Of a DNA stretch of 64,000 nt, positions 1 through 14,100 are shown piece after piece. The DNA comes from Lytechinus pictus (lineage: Eukaryota). The position numbers were made by a program, and so were the translations under genes. The stretch lies in assembly GCF_037042905.1 (NCBI RefSeq), contig NC_087250.1, positions 5,086,001-5,150,000 on the forward strand, read 5' to 3'. The notes below the pieces were generated by a model that was given only the letters and a program-made list of their open reading frames with translations, was not told the DNA's origin and searched no databases. Each line of letters opens with the position of its first letter. The first letter of the stretch is position 1.

Positions 1-539
1 CAACGATTAAAGGGATAGAGCCTAGTCGTTCTAAACTTGAAGCTGCGCAGCGGCTGCCGGGCCCATGATCAATTGGGCAAAGCAAATGTTTGGAGTATTT
101 AACTTCATGTCTATTTCGAACAATAAAATATGGATTTTATCTTTAACGATTCAAATTTAACCCGAGTTCAGAATACGGGCCGAAGTGATTAAAACCACAA
201 TCACCCCTTCACTTCGGATCGAGGGCCGCACTAACGGTGATAAAATGTAAACAATTCGCAAACAATGATGTTATTTTTGCTTTTTTGCTAGCTTGTTATT
301 TGTGTTTGTTTTGTTCAGAGTATACGAAGACTGTAGAACGTGGAACGTTTCCAAAAAAAAAAAAAACTAACAACGAGGAGCATTTTGTTTAACACCTAAA
401 AGTGCTTTTAGTGGCATTTCTTTCTCAAAGAATGGGTGTATGAGTGTGTGGACGTGTGTGTAGGGTAAGGTAGAATGTGTGTATGTGTGTATATTAGTTT
501 ATTCTCTCGTGGGGTATAAATCAGATATATATATATTTG

Positions 540-1477
540 GCAGGAGTTTCTGCATTTAATGTAGAGTCAAAATAAATTTACAATACATAATCATAATCAT
601 AAGTAGTACATAGCAATGTGACAAATTTATAACAGAGTAATAAAACAATTGACATAATAAATAAAATTTGAGCATAAGACAGAGTAATGAAAACATAAAT
701 GCAGTGGCAAACTATATATGCAAAATAAATGCCCGAGTAATAGCAGCCAAAGGGGGAAAGGGCTTCATGAAAACCAATTACATTGCATAGTCTATATATG
801 GAAGAAAAAATCTGATGTCACAAATCATCAGTAAATGAGAATGAAGAAAAATGAAGAAATGTAGTGTGCGTGTGTGTGCAAGTGGATGAACGTGCAGGTG
901 TGATATTTAAGAATACTTCGATAAAAGATACTTTTTTTAATGAAGCTTTAAAAGAAAAGATAGATGCAGTGAGTATAATATCGTTGGGCAAATCATTCCA
1001 AATATCATGCAGGGCCGCGATGTCTTATCGTTTTGTGCGCTAATATTGTTTCCGGGTTTGTTACTGTGAATGTTTGATGAGTGGTGTAGAATATGAATGA
1101 ATGTTGGTGTTGTAAACGAAAATATCTTGAAAGGGTATATATTTAATTGACAATTTATACATAAAAATGGCAGTTTGGAAAGTATGAATGTCATGAATTT
1201 TGAATGTTTTAAGGTTCCGAAAAATTGGATCAGTATGTGGTAATAAATGCGAGTGGTAACAAATACGGAGTGCTTTCTTTTGGAGGCGCAGAATTTAGTC
1301 TATTTTCGTTTTGTTGCTATTACCCCACAATATATTGCAATATGATAATATATGTGACAAAATAAAGGAATTGTACAGCATAAAAGGTGATCTGTGGGAA
1401 AGAAAATATTTCAGTTTAAATAGTATGCCAATACATCTGGCAACGAGTGTGCTAACATAACGAATGTGGCTAATCAA
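540..1477 (-). mobile_element. 5'-truncated, decayed LINE (CR1/L2-group) ORF2 C-terminus plus 3' UTR
   Basis: Minus strand reads HIRYVSTLVARCIGILFKLKYFL..LYNSFILSHILSYCNILWGN..*ILRLQKKALRI, the typical post-RT segment of CR1/L2-like LINEs, with in-frame stops. Left boundary is approximate. Confidence 0.8.
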
Positions 1478-1598
1478 GGTTATGCTTATTTACTTTTAGG
1501 ACTGACTTTTAACGTCACCATCCAAAAGAAGTGACCGGGTCTCAAACCTCGAACTTTTGAATAATTAGTTCCCCCCCACATTGCTTGCATTGCAAGTA

Positions 1599-2434
1599 CA
1601 CTGTAAAAAAAAAATCTTTGAATCAGTAGTTAACACTTAATGTATTTAAGTAGAATTTACAATTTGTAATTATTTTTCGTTGTTTTTAATTAGTTTCAAC
1701 TTGTCTTTTAATTTACTTGATTTACTTGATTTATTTGGGTTCAATATACATTTAAGAAAATTCACGTATTGATAGCTTGCTTTGATTGAGTAAATCTAAC
1801 TCAATTAGGCAAAGATGATTGTTACTTATAAAATCATGTTGAATGTACTTATATTTTTCAATTAACGCCATATTTAAATAATGCATGAATATTCATTAGA
1901 GCAAGTAAATGTGTTTTTTTTTAAATAACTGTCATATCTATTTGTGTTTGAAATTGTTTTGGATAAGGGTGTGCTAACTATTGTATTCTTTTGTTGAATC
2001 AATAAAAAGGCAATATTAAATAGTCATTTAGCAGAAAATTATTCTCACTGTTTTATTTGTAAGAATGAAACGATCGCGTATAAATATAAATGTCAGTACC
2101 TATACATGTACAGGTAAGTGACAATTCACAAAGTCTAATATTTGGATAAAACATGTCTAAAATGAAAATGATGCCACCAAAAGTGGGACGATGGGGGAGC
2201 GGACTTTCGAATCACGAAAGTCAACTCCCCCATTTGATATTTTCAAATATTTTGTTGATTGTTTTACTTAATTGAATTAAGTTATTGTAACTTAATTTTC
2301 TTGAGTAAAATGGAAGCAAAGAAAATAAGTAAATTTTACTTAAAACTGCCAAAGTCATAAATACTTGAAAAAAATTAAGGGAATTTTTTGCCACAATTTT
2401 ATTAAGTAATTTCTACTAATTTTTTTTTACAGTG
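1599..2434. mobile_element. Non-autonomous DNA transposon, CACTG termini (CMC/EnSpm-like)
   Basis: TA|CACTGTAAAAAAAA ... TTTTTTTTACAGTG|TA; 2-bp TSD; short AAGTA/TACTT subterminal repeats. Confidence 0.8.
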
Positions 2435-2483
2435 TATGGTCTTATTGACTGAGATGCATGCATGGACACAAAACATGACTAAT

Positions 2484-2701
2484 GGGGCGTTGCAAGAAAC
2501 TTGCGATCAATTGAAAGTCTATTTTCGTTCCAGAAATCAAGCAAATGCCGTGCAATTAATTGCAAAGTTGTGATTGATTGTTAATCTGCTCCATGAAACA
2601 AGAAGTGTAATCTGATTTGCTAAAGTTAAAAGTGATAGATCAACTGTATAATTGCAACAGAATATTTGCAATTGATTGCAAATATTTTCTTGCAACACCC
2701 C
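2484..2701. mobile_element. MITE (PIF/Harbinger-like)
   Basis: GGGGCGTTGCAAGAAA ... TTTCTTGCAACACCCC inverted termini. Confidence 0.7.
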
Positions 2702-2902
2702 CCCTAGCAACACAGATATGACAGAGACAACACAATGTTCAGATGATCCCCCGCTTATCGGGACATTCCCAGAGATCTGTGTGTAGCTGTGTGAGTGTTT
2801 CAGTCAATCAAATTTTATATTTTTTTATTTCCTGTAGCTTCTTTGTGATCATGATTAAGCTAATCACTTAAACATGCCTGTGAAAAATATGTGTGTTTAA
2901 TC

Positions 2903-5126
2903 CATGGGCGGAAATCTGTCCCGAAAGGTAGGGGGGACAATTAACATGGGCGGATCCAGCCTTCGCCAATGGGGGGGGGGCGATTTTTTTTTCCAGCCAT
3001 ATGTTAATCCCCCATCGGCCGCTCGAAGATGATTTTTGTTTGTTTCATTAAAGGAGTAGTCCTCATGGCCACTTTTCAGCTTTATTCTTATAATTCAACA
3101 TAAATATATAATATCATAATCCTTATCTATGTAATGCGAGCGAGAAGCGCGAGCAATTTTTTTTTTTTTTGGGGGGATTTTATGTATTTTTTCCTAAAAT
3201 TTGAACATTCTGGGCAATGTTTGTTATCCTGAAAAAGATGTATATGCAACTAAATAATTACTTCAAACGCGAAGTGCGAGCAGATGGAAACTGATGGAAA
3301 AGGTTAGCCATGAGTACGTTACATATTTCAACAATCAAATAATGCGAGCGCGAAGCGCGAGCTTAAATTTATTTGAAATTTTTGCCTAAAGAATGGAAAT
3401 TCTAAGCACTTTTTGTAACTGAAACATATAATAGGTATATAACTAAACAATTGATGCGAACGCGAAGCGCGAGCGGAAAATTTTGAGATTTAGACCTAAG
3501 AACGAGACACTCTATTCATGTTTGTAAATCATGAAAATGATGAGTAATTGAGGGCCTTCCTTATACCCGGTCCTTACATTAATGCGAGTGCAAAGTGCTG
3601 CCATGAAATGTTTTTTTTTTATTTGAACTTATCGAAAAGGTACTTGTTAAGGATTGCTTGCACTTAGCCATGAGGACGTTACATATTTCAACAATCAATA
3701 ATGCTAGCGCGAATCGCGAGCTGAAAATTGTTGACATTTCTACAAAAAGAATCGAAAATTTTAATCAATTTTCGTAATCGTGAACAGGGTAGCTATATAA
3801 CTAACCGATTGATGCAAGCGAAGCGCGAGCAGAAAAATTCGAGATTTAGACCTAAAAACGGGACACTCTATTCATGTTTTGTAAATCATGAAAAGGATGA
3901 ATAATAGGGGATCTTTCTACATTAATAATGTGAGCACAAAGCGCGAGCAGAAAATTTTTGATATTGTGATCTGAAACTGGATAATGATTTCAATAGAGAA
4001 CAAGTTGAATATATGAATAAACATGCGCGTGTTTCAGATTTAGACCTAGAATTTAGGCATTCTATACCTATTTTATCATGAAAAATCTGAAAAAGAGTCC
4101 ATTTCAGCTATATATTTCAAGCTCTTTGTAGGAAAATTGTGAGGTGGATATGGATCGCACTTAATAAAGAGCTGATATTTTTCATTGTCATTCGAGTTTT
4201 GACATAGGACCGGGACATCCTTAATTGGGACATGTCATATGAATATCTTCCTATTCCTCTTGCTAAGCGCGAGATGAAACAAAAGGGACAATTTAATTGT
4301 TAAATTATTAATATCTTATTTATTAATGCCTAATGAGGGCGAAAAATCTGATGATATTATGGCCTGAAAACTGGACATTTCAAGCAATTTTGTAATTATG
4401 AATAGAATGCATCAGTCAAAATATTTTTTAACCATTAATGCGAGCGCAAATCGCGAGCCAAAATCTTTGATAAACTGTCATGAAAACCAATATTGAGACA
4501 TACATAAATCGCCAATTAAAATGCGAGCGAGTAGCCAGCGCTATCTGATACGTTTTGACAATCAGACTTGATTTCTTTTTCAAACTAAATGGAATACACA
4601 AAATAATAGGTACTTAATTCGAAATTTGCGAGCGCTCAGTGCGAGCAGAAAATGTCAATATTCAGACCATGAAGCTGTCACTTTTACAAAGCACTTTTTA
4701 AAAGTCAGTTTGTAAATCACACAAAATAATGAAAGTTCGATTTCCGAGGTGAAATGTGTTATGTATATTGACTTCCAAACTTGATATTTAAGCTCCATAT
4801 TGAAAAATCACCTGACAGGCAATGCGAGCGCGAGCGAAAATTTCATATAGTGACATGAAAGATTCTTTTTATTTTCCAAGTCTTCCCCTCATCTTATTTT
4901 AGTCTCTCTGGAAAATTTGACAAGCCCCGCCCAAAAAAGAAGGTTTTTACCCAAAATGTAAGGTCATTTAGTCCAAAATAAATGTATTATTTCGAATGTG
5001 AATGATGCATATTTCTCCATCATAAAATACCAAAAATAGTAGGGGGGACATTTGATATTGTGTCCCCCTACTATTTTTGGTAGGGGGGACACGTCCCCCC
5101 TGTCCCCCCTGGGATTTCCGCCCATG
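2903..5126. mobile_element. Non-autonomous hAT-type element with internal GCGAGCGCGAAGCGCGAGC periodic array
   Basis: TIR CATGGGCGGAAATC ... GATTTCCGCCCATG; perfect 8-bp TSD GTTTAATC (2895-2902, 5127-5134). Motif recurs about every 120 bp from ~3135 to ~4835. Confidence 0.88.
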
Positions 5127-5419
5127 GTTTAATCCCATCTCATTTGAATTGCTCTTTCTTTTGCCATTTCGTAACTTTGGATTCTGAAACCAAGTGATGC
5201 GAGGGGCTAACCATAGCCGCTCTTTGATTTAAACAATCTGTAAATAATGACATGTGCTTAGTAGGCTTATACACTCTTATTATTATGGGCAACATACTGT
5301 CCACACAACAATTGGTTAAAACTTTTTCCACTGAAGCTCGCCTGTGTGAAAATATTGTTCATTTTGACTGAGTGAAATTTGGGCAGTGCCCTTGTAAATT
5401 TTGCAACAAAGTCTTAAGC

Positions 5420-5665
5420 AACAAGGACTAATAATAAACTAAGTGTGCACTCCCAATTCGTCCTCGGGTGGTTCCTGATAGGGACGTTGGGGAGTAAAGA
5501 AGATTAGTTTCTTTTTAGAACCCAGTTTACAAAAACTTTCACATCTGTACAGGGTAGCCATTTAGCACCAGTGGCAAAGGACGTTGGGTCGCAGTGGGAT
5601 TAATTCGAACACACGACCCTCTGATTACAAGTCGAGAGTCAAAACCACTACACCACAGCTCTTCC
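5420..5665 (-). mobile_element. Decayed tRNA-derived SINE
   Basis: Reverse strand starts GAGCTGTGGTGTAGTGGTTTTGACTCTCGACTTGTAATCAGAGGGTCGTGTGTTCGAA (A and B boxes); head is similar to the 17834-18254 copy. Confidence 0.7.
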
Positions 5666-5806
5666 ACTTAACTAAAACGAACTCATGCACATAACGAATT
5701 CGCTCCTATATTAGACTAAATTTACGGTACTCCAAAAAAGAGTATCTATTCATACCATATGTTGACTGTCAATATTTTCCTGGGGTATGGGATGTTTTAA
5801 AACAGA

Positions 5807-6290
5807 CAGGGGCGGATCCATGATTTTTTTGAAGGGGGCGAAGTCCTGACGGGGGGTCAGAAAAATTTGGAAAAATTAAACCCCTTATATGCGATTTCAG
5901 CGTTTCTGAGGTCATTCACTCTATGTTAAAATATTTATTCCATGAGTAAAATGTGCGTTTTGATGACCTAAACATCACGCTAGGGGCTTGACTGAAATTA
6001 AAAAAAATGAGATTGTGGCACGCATATACACAGTACACAAAGGGGTGGATCAAAGATTTTCCAAAGGGGGGCACATTTTCCCAAGGAAAAGTTGTACAAG
6101 CAAAAAAAAAAGTTTTCAGCAAAAATAAGGACATTTCGTTCACGAAAAATTTGACAAGCAAAAAAAAAGTTTTCACTTTCAAAAGGAAGTGGGGGCACAC
6201 TTCTGTTTTAATGAGTATTTTACATTACTAATTTTAATTGTGCCTCTCAAGGGGAGGGGGGGGGGGGCACTGGCCGGCTTTGTCCTGGGC
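5807..6290. mobile_element. hAT-like MITE fragments (CAGGGGCGGATCC end; AAAATTGACAAGCAAAAA subunits)
   Basis: Terminal motif and subunits are shared with elements at 50125 and 52016; no intact TSD seen. Confidence 0.5.
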
Positions 6291-7779
6291 TATAGGCTAT
6301 CTATTACAATGCAATGCATAGTTGGCAGCCGCCAGTTCTTCATTGATATTGATCTAGTCTAGGTGATTGGTGAAAATAATGTTCAGAAAATGGTACCAGC
6401 ATGAAAATTGGCACAAAGGTAAATTAAGTTATCCTAAACATTTCTAGCAGGGGGTGCCAACGTGAGTTTCCCAAATATAGAAACGGTTACTAGGTAACAT
6501 ATTTACCTTAGTAACTGAGCTTTATTGGGCTTGATGAACAGTTTGAGAAACAATATGTCACATACATTTTAATCTTCAGCATATATCTTTGTATCACATA
6601 TGTTTTCATCCATTTATTCATAGCAACAGTTGCTAAGGGGCCTTTTTCGATAGCAACAATTGTTTATCATAGTTCAGATCATTATAATTTACTCAGAAGA
6701 GCTCAGAAATTAATTTTGGCCCGTAGATTCCTTATGTGATGAAAGTTTCCATAGGTAGACCCAATGAGCACCAAAGCAACGGTTGCTAGGTAATATCTTT
6801 CCTCAATAACCAATACTTATAGGGTGTTTTTATGATCATTACGATTTCTATGAGCCACCACATCTTTTCTATCTAAGCATGAATACATTAATCACAACAA
6901 CCCAGGAACATATGCCATTTTAACCCGCCAACGATAAAATACCAGCTGCTAAGTAACATGTTTTCTGCAACCGATTGTTAAAGGCCGTATGATAAGATTA
7001 TTAATGCGTTTAAGGGGTACTAATACTAGTAGATGTTTAAATACGTAAAACCTTGCACAAATTAAACTACCTCATGATATGGTTTACATTTCCAAAAACG
7101 ATGACTATGGGTTCCATATCATTGGCATTGTAATATTTGTTGCATGTTAGAAAACTCACCTTAAAACCGACCTTTCTCCACAATTATTAGGGATTAACCT
7201 AGAAACATAATTATGTAAAAGATCAATCATTGATTAAATGATTTGATGTCTTTCATAGTAAAGGGTTATCTGTTAACATTTGTTATCACTATATAGTTAC
7301 ATGCTTATCAATGAATGATAATAGACCTCATGATTACTTTATCTGAGCGATTGACAATACAGGTAGAATTGATCGACACTTGCATCATCGAGAAGCTTCA
7401 TCGAGAATCAAAAGTCTAGAAACCGTTGACATTCTGTAAATTTCCAAGGGGGCCCTGTATACCTAAAAACGCCCTTACAAAGAAGAACGGTTACAAGAGC
7501 TCACCAGGAGGTCATGGGTTCTTACAACTTAAACTTCTCTGATCTTGGAGAGGTGAAAGAATGACTGCCGAATAATTAATTCAGGCAACTAAGTTTAAAA
7601 TCATTTCAAACACCAAAATCTCGCCAGAATGTAATTTCCAGATGAGTGCTTGCATGGATACCGTTTTATTCCTTGCTAACAGTAGTCGGTCGCTTGAAAG
7701 GCCTTGGTTTTACCACTCCTTTCTGTAGCCTGCAATGAAGATATTAGTTCTCCATGCTGTTCCCGGACCTAATTCTACG

Positions 7780-8425
7780 TGCAGGAGTTGATTTTGACTT
7801 GTCAGTTCCGTCTCCAGGTGTTTTGACTTGGATCAATCCTGCGCAGCTCCGGGATCTATCATGAAGTGAAAGATCTGTTAGAGATGATTCGGATCATTGA
7901 GTTCCGTTTCCAGGCGTGTTGGCCTGGATCCTGCAGCTACATGATCTATCGTGTGTTCTGCAGAAGTTAATTTGGACCTGTTAGTTCCGATGCCAGGTGT
8001 TTTCACCCGGACCAATCCTGCAGCTCTGGGATCTATCATGACGTAAAAGATCTTGCCAGAGTTGATTTAGACCGGTCAGTTCCATTTCGAGGCATGTTGG
8101 CCTGGATCCTGCAGCTATATGATTGATATATCTCGACTCAATCCTGCAGAAGTTGATTTGGACCTGTCTATTCTGTTTCCAGGTGTTTGACCTGGATCAG
8201 TCCTGCAGCTCCAGGATTTATCATCACGTCAAAGATCTTGCAAAAGTTGATTTTGACTGGTCAGGTCTGTTTCAGGCGTGTTGACCTGGATCCTGCAACT
8301 CCGTGATCTATCATGATTTGAAAACTCTTGCAGAAGTTGATTTTGACCTGTCAGTTCCGATTGCAGGTGTTTTGACTGGGATCATGCAGCTTCAAGATCT
8401 ATCATGACTTAAACGATCTTGCAGG
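7780..8425. repeat. Tandem repeat, ~7 units of ~83-96 bp with alternating A/B variants
   Basis: Core GAAGTTGATTTGGACCTGTCAGTTCC..CCTGGATC..CTGCAGCT..GATCTATCATGA recurs near 7784, 7880, 7963, 8059, 8149, 8244 and 8334. Confidence 0.85.
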
Positions 8426-11400
8426 ACTATGAGCAGCTGACTTTGTCACATACATGTGAAGCACTTGTAATATCAGGTTGGCTGGACGTGATCCATACTA
8501 GGCCACAGAACAGTATCATTAAGTTCTGATATGCTTCTTTCTTCCATATGACTCCAATACTTCTTGGCATGTCCGAATCAGAAAGAAATGATTCTGCTGG
8601 TGGCACTATCATTTTGTCTCGCAATATAATGTCCTTATGGGGAGGAATGCTTCTTACACTTCGATCGATGAAAAATCCATCTTCCCATTGAATAGCGTGA
8701 TGACTGTAACTTTCTTGATGTATTCCTCTGTTGCCTCTAATACTCTTTGTCGAGTTTAATGCATGCTTCGCAGTGGCTTTGCTTTCCCCTACTTATAGTT
8801 AACCAAGAAAGTCTTGGATTTTTGGACAAATATATGCCCAAACTTGTGCGACACATTAAATGTACGTTCGATTAATTCGCCACAATCGTATTTGAAGTCC
8901 CAAACTATTGGAAAATGTACAGTCCCAGGTAACAATATAGTGTTGGACCAACGTTGGATCAACGTTGGGAATTTTTTTCCCAACGTTGCCTCAACGTTGG
9001 CAGGCAAACGTTGCATCATCGATATAAGTGCACGCGCATACATCGTCAGACCAACAACATTTCCAACGTCAGTTCAACGTTGTTCAGCAACAATGTTCCA
9101 ACGCTGGCAACGTTGATCCAATGTTGGCTAAATAGTCAAATACAACATTGCTACAACGTTGGTAAGCAACGTTGCATCTTCGATAGAAGTGCACGTCCAT
9201 ACATCGTCAGACCAACAACATTTCCAACGTCAGTTCAACGTTGTCCACCACCAATGCTCCAACGTTGGTATAATGTCGGCTGAGTCATCAATAACAGCGT
9301 TGCTGCAACGTTGATGGGCAACGTTGAAGCAGCGATGGACGTGCACGTGCATACATCGTCAGTCCAACTATGTTTACAACGTTGGTTCAACGCTGTCCAG
9401 CAACAATGCTCCAACGTTGTCTGGCAACATTGTTACAACGTTGTCACAACGTTGCTCCAACATTGCTCCAACGTTATTCCAACGTATGGCAGTAATTAAC
9501 AAAACATTAATTGGTTTCAAGGTGAAGTCCACCATTACAACTCTACACTCTAATCTTTATCATCATGTCTTATCCTATCCTAAAATCCTACATCCTAATC
9601 CTAATCCTATTCCTATCATCCTACACCTATCCACTAAATCTTGTCATTGACTCTTATATATAGAGCAACTTTGCTATACTTGGCAGAATACAGTTAATAT
9701 CATTTTCCACACTTAACCTTGAAAATTTCACTTAGAATAATATATTTTGATTATAAATGATATGGTAATGGAGCCACATACTTTTCTGAAACTTTTCATG
9801 GTGGAAATATTGAATAAACATAAATACTCTAATTATTATAGCAATATTACCTAAAATTTTGGTCATTTACTGATGTAATGAATATTCATGAGTGCATAAT
9901 CATTATGTCCAGATGAGGCAGGTATGGCAGCGTTGGTCCAATGTTGGTCCAACGTTGGGTGACGTTGATCCAACGTTGGTCTAATATTGGTCCAATGTTG
10001 ATGGAAAGTTGATTCAACTTTAGTCCAATGTTAGTCCAACGTTGGCGTAAACGTTGATTCAATGTTTGTCTAATATTGGTTAAATGTTGTTGTAACGTTG
10101 ATCCTTTGTTGGTCTAATTTTAAACAAATCCAGCGATGCGCCATCTCCATCAAACAGTTTTCAACACTGTGCCATCATCATCTGTAACCTGTTCATGATT
10201 CTGTCAAAAAACATTACAACTATTATTACAGCTATTCATTTCTTTTCATTCTTTCTGTTACAAGTCTCTTCATATAATTAAGAGGAATCAAGAGAATTAC
10301 GTGTGATATTTATTGAGGCCTTTGTAGCATTCAAACTTTTTTGACATCCTCTTTTTCTCAAACATGACTAATACCAAAAAAACATATGCATATGTAATAA
10401 GAATTAAGATTAAGCTACTGCCTACTGTAACTAAAGAGCGCCTCTTTTTTATTAAGATAGAAGTCAACTGATATCTCAATATGCATGGCCTAGTCTTGCT
10501 CGTGCCATAACTCTTAAATGATATTTCAGCGTCAAGTGTAAACATGCCTCACGTAGCAACTACATGTTTGACTGCAGTTGGAAAACACTCGGTCCAGGCT
10601 AGGCCAGGCAGGACCGACCAGGTCAATTCAAGGCAGCGTATAATAAATAAGGCAGGAATGCCAGGTAGCAAGTCATTTGGTTATTTCAAGTACGGTGTAC
10701 AGTGTTGAGAGCGCGAAAGGGCTGCTGAACTGAGCTCCAACACCAAGCGTAATATTATTATTCATTGAAATGTATTAAAACTCTAATGATTTGCTCTCAT
10801 CTTAAATGTAAAAGATAATTTTATGGAGATGGTTCGTCGTGTTTGCCCCCTGTTCGTGAGCTACATTCCATCAACTCCAACACTGAACTTTAAATCACGA
10901 TTCTCCCAATCGATCCCTGGGGGTCGGTGTTGCTGAATGGGGAAATTGCACGTAGATCATCAACACTGTGCAGCCGCAGTGCCGTGTTGGGTTCAGCAGA
11001 TGACAATCAACACCAGCCTTCAACACAAACTGCCGGAAATACACCATATTTTCCGAGGTCAATCTCAACACCAGCCTGATTCAACTTCAAGTACGGTATT
11101 GTCACAACACCAAAACCAGATTTCAACACTGTACTTGAAATTATTGAAATCACCCAATGACTGTTGCCTTGCCCTTGGTATCGCATACTCGTTCCCACTC
11201 ACACGTATTGCGAGGTTAGTATTAGTCACTCACACAAGTACGAGGTAAGTTAGTATGTTATATACTGAGCAGTGACTGGTGTTAAGTACTTACACTAAAA
11301 TACTAGCGTCGGACAGTACGCGCACGGAAGCTGACTCCGGGATCTTTCGGAGGGGATCAACGGTTGCAGTTACCGATTATCTGCAAGTGCAAAGAAAATC

Positions 11401-11785
11401 CACTGTAGATTGTAGGTCCTAAATATGCAGCTTATAAGTACTGTTCCAGATCACTAGATATTCAGGAATTTAATTGTCTATATCCAGTCCAAATTCTGCC
11501 AGATTCTTCAAGTTCAAAATTGAAGGAAGCAGACTACACAGAAGGAGCCGACGTCGCGACTAATTCTGCGCATCAGAATAGTATGGTATTTTTAAATAGG
11601 CACATTTGATGCTTGTATTTCCTTCTTCAATTTCTTCTAGTTATGTGACGGTATAGGCCTATATATATCTCGTACTTATTGTGAGAGGCCTAGCCAGCTG
11701 CTAAGGACGAGGTCGTTTCTGGAAATTCTGGTCTTGAACTACATTATTTTGTTTTCTTGTTTTTCTCCTTTATTTTCTATATTAA

Positions 11786-12386
11786 AGGACAAGTCCACCC
11801 CAACAAAAAATTGATTTGAATAAGTAGAGAAAATCAAACTAGCATAACACTGAAAATTTCATCAAAATCGGATGTGAAATAAGAAAGTTATGGCATTTTA
11901 AAGTTTCGCTTATTTTTCACAAAACAGTGATATGCACAACTCAGTGACATGCAAATGAGTCAGTCGATGATGTCTATCACTCACTATTTCTTTTGATTTT
12001 TATTGTTTGAATTATAAAATATTTAATTTTTTACAGATTTGACCATAGGGACTGACTTGACTGAACCATAAAGTATTAAACAATGCTAATTCCACATGTT
12101 CAGGGAGGAATTAATCACTGTTTCACTTGACAATGAGGAGAAAATTAGAATATTTCATATCTCATATAATAAAATACAAAAGAAATAGTAAGTGGATGAC
12201 ATCATCAGTCTCCTAATTTGCATACCGACCAGGATGTGCATATAACTGTTTTGTGATATTAAGCGAAACTTTAAAATGTCATAACTTCATTATTTTACAT
12301 CCGATTTTGATGAAATTTTCAGTGCTATGCCTGTTGGATTATTATCTTTTTATTCAAATCAATTTTTGTTGGGATGGACTTGTCCT
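11786..12386. mobile_element. Kolobok-type MITE, family A
   Basis: TTAA|AGGACAAGTCCACCCCAACAAAAA ... TTTTTGTTGGGATGGACTTGTCCT|TTAA; homologous to 19315-19901 and 36417-37010. Confidence 0.88.
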
Positions 12387-12544
12387 TTAATCGACACATT
12401 TGCATCAATCCCCCGGTGCATGCAGCCTCTTTATTCTACCCCATCTTTATTTTTGTTTTCCCCTTAGCTTTAGTTCCTCTTTCCCTTCTCATTATTTTCC
12501 TTCTCTCTCGATTTCTTTTCCCCTTATTGCTGGGGGATACCAAG

Positions 12545-14100
12545 CAGCGGCGTAACAGGGGTCGGTGGCCAGGGGGGGGCAAGAGCCAAAATTTTCCCGG
12601 GAATATCATGGAACAGGCAATGGCGTCTTAAGGCAAAAATTTTGAGGGGGCGATATGGCGTATCGGGCAAATATATATATATATAAGCGAGCGAGCGAGC
12701 AAATTTTTTTTGACATTTTTATTGCAAAAATCAAATTTTGTGATAGATTTTGACATAATGTTAAAAAGATGATATCTTATTCACCCTCCTCTCTTTCATT
12801 TTTTCTCTGTTTTTTGTACGCCACGGTGAGCAGGATTTTTGTTATGATTGTGAGCATCAGGGCGAAGCTCTATATGCTCGAGGGGGCTGAGTATGGCGCT
12901 TCTGGCAAGAAGTAGCTTAATATAGGTCCCGAGCGAGCGAAGCGAGCGAGATAAAAAATCACCTTTTCATGAGAATCTAACATGAAGATAGATTTTAACG
13001 TGATATTCAGAAAAATATAATACACTTTCCTTTCTTTCCTCATTTTTTTTTTGTTGTTGTAGAACTTTGGGGGCCATGGTCCAAACTCATCCATATAACA
13101 GTGCTTTATGGGTGGGGTCCAGGGCAGAGCCCCGGAACCTCTTGATATCAAAGCCATTTTAAACCTTACAGATGGCCACTTATTTTAATCAAATTGCGTG
13201 TATATTTACATAGATTTAACACAACACATAAATTCAATGCAGTTGTGTATCGTAATCATCCAAATATTGTGAGGGGCACACCATAGCAAATGTGGGAAAA
13301 TTTGTAAAAAGTCACCAGCGAGCGAAGCGAGCCAGAAAAAAAAGGCCTGTTAAAATGAAATTCTAATTATGTGATAGATTTTTACATCATTTTAGCAAAT
13401 ATCATGTCATATATTTTTTTCATTCATCTCATTTCGCTGCCTCCTTTATTTTCTTTTATTTCCCCTTGGCTGTGGAACCACCCCCGGTACGCCAGTGCTT
13501 CAACGTAAAGCTTAATGCAGGAAGGGTCCATATAGGGGCCCGTTATAGAACCCATTAAAGGTTACAGATGAAGAGCCCCCACTGCACGGGGTCTTGACTC
13601 TTATTTGGAGATTTAGCAAGTTTATGATAGACTTTCATACGACATTATGCTATATACCATCCATTTTTCTTCCCGCTCATTATCTCAATCCTCGGCAGCC
13701 CGGTAGTGTACGTTATCTTGTCCCTGTTCTTTATTTTCCAATTTAGATTTTGGCTAATTCCATTTTGCCTTTATTTCCCGCTTTTGTTTGCCTTTTTGTC
13801 ATCTTTAATTTATTTCCCTGTCTTACTAATCATGCTAATGTATTTGTATATCGGGGCGAACTGTTCTTTCTCACTTGTTGTTTTTTCCTTCCTTTTCCCG
13901 TTATCTTTCCGTTTTCCTTTTTTTTATGTTTTTTCTTAGTTTTCTTTTCCCTTTTCCTTTCCCCTTTCCCTTTTTTTCTTTCCTTTCCCTTTCCCTTTCC
14001 CCCTTTTTTTCTTCTTTTTCCCGTTTTTTTTAATTTTCCCGGTGAGCTCCGCCAGGGGGGGCAGCTTGCCCCCCCTGCCCCCCCGCCTGTTACGCCACTG
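12545..14100. mobile_element. Non-autonomous hAT-type element
   Basis: TIR CAGCGGCGTAACAGG ... CCTGTTACGCCACTG; perfect 8-bp TSD ATACCAAG (12537-12544, 14101-14108). Confidence 0.9.

Noticed and set aside
6345..7300. Possible left end of another large DNA transposon (TAGTCTAGG.., GGTTGCTAGG motifs)
   Set aside because: No matching right terminus or TSD found in the window.
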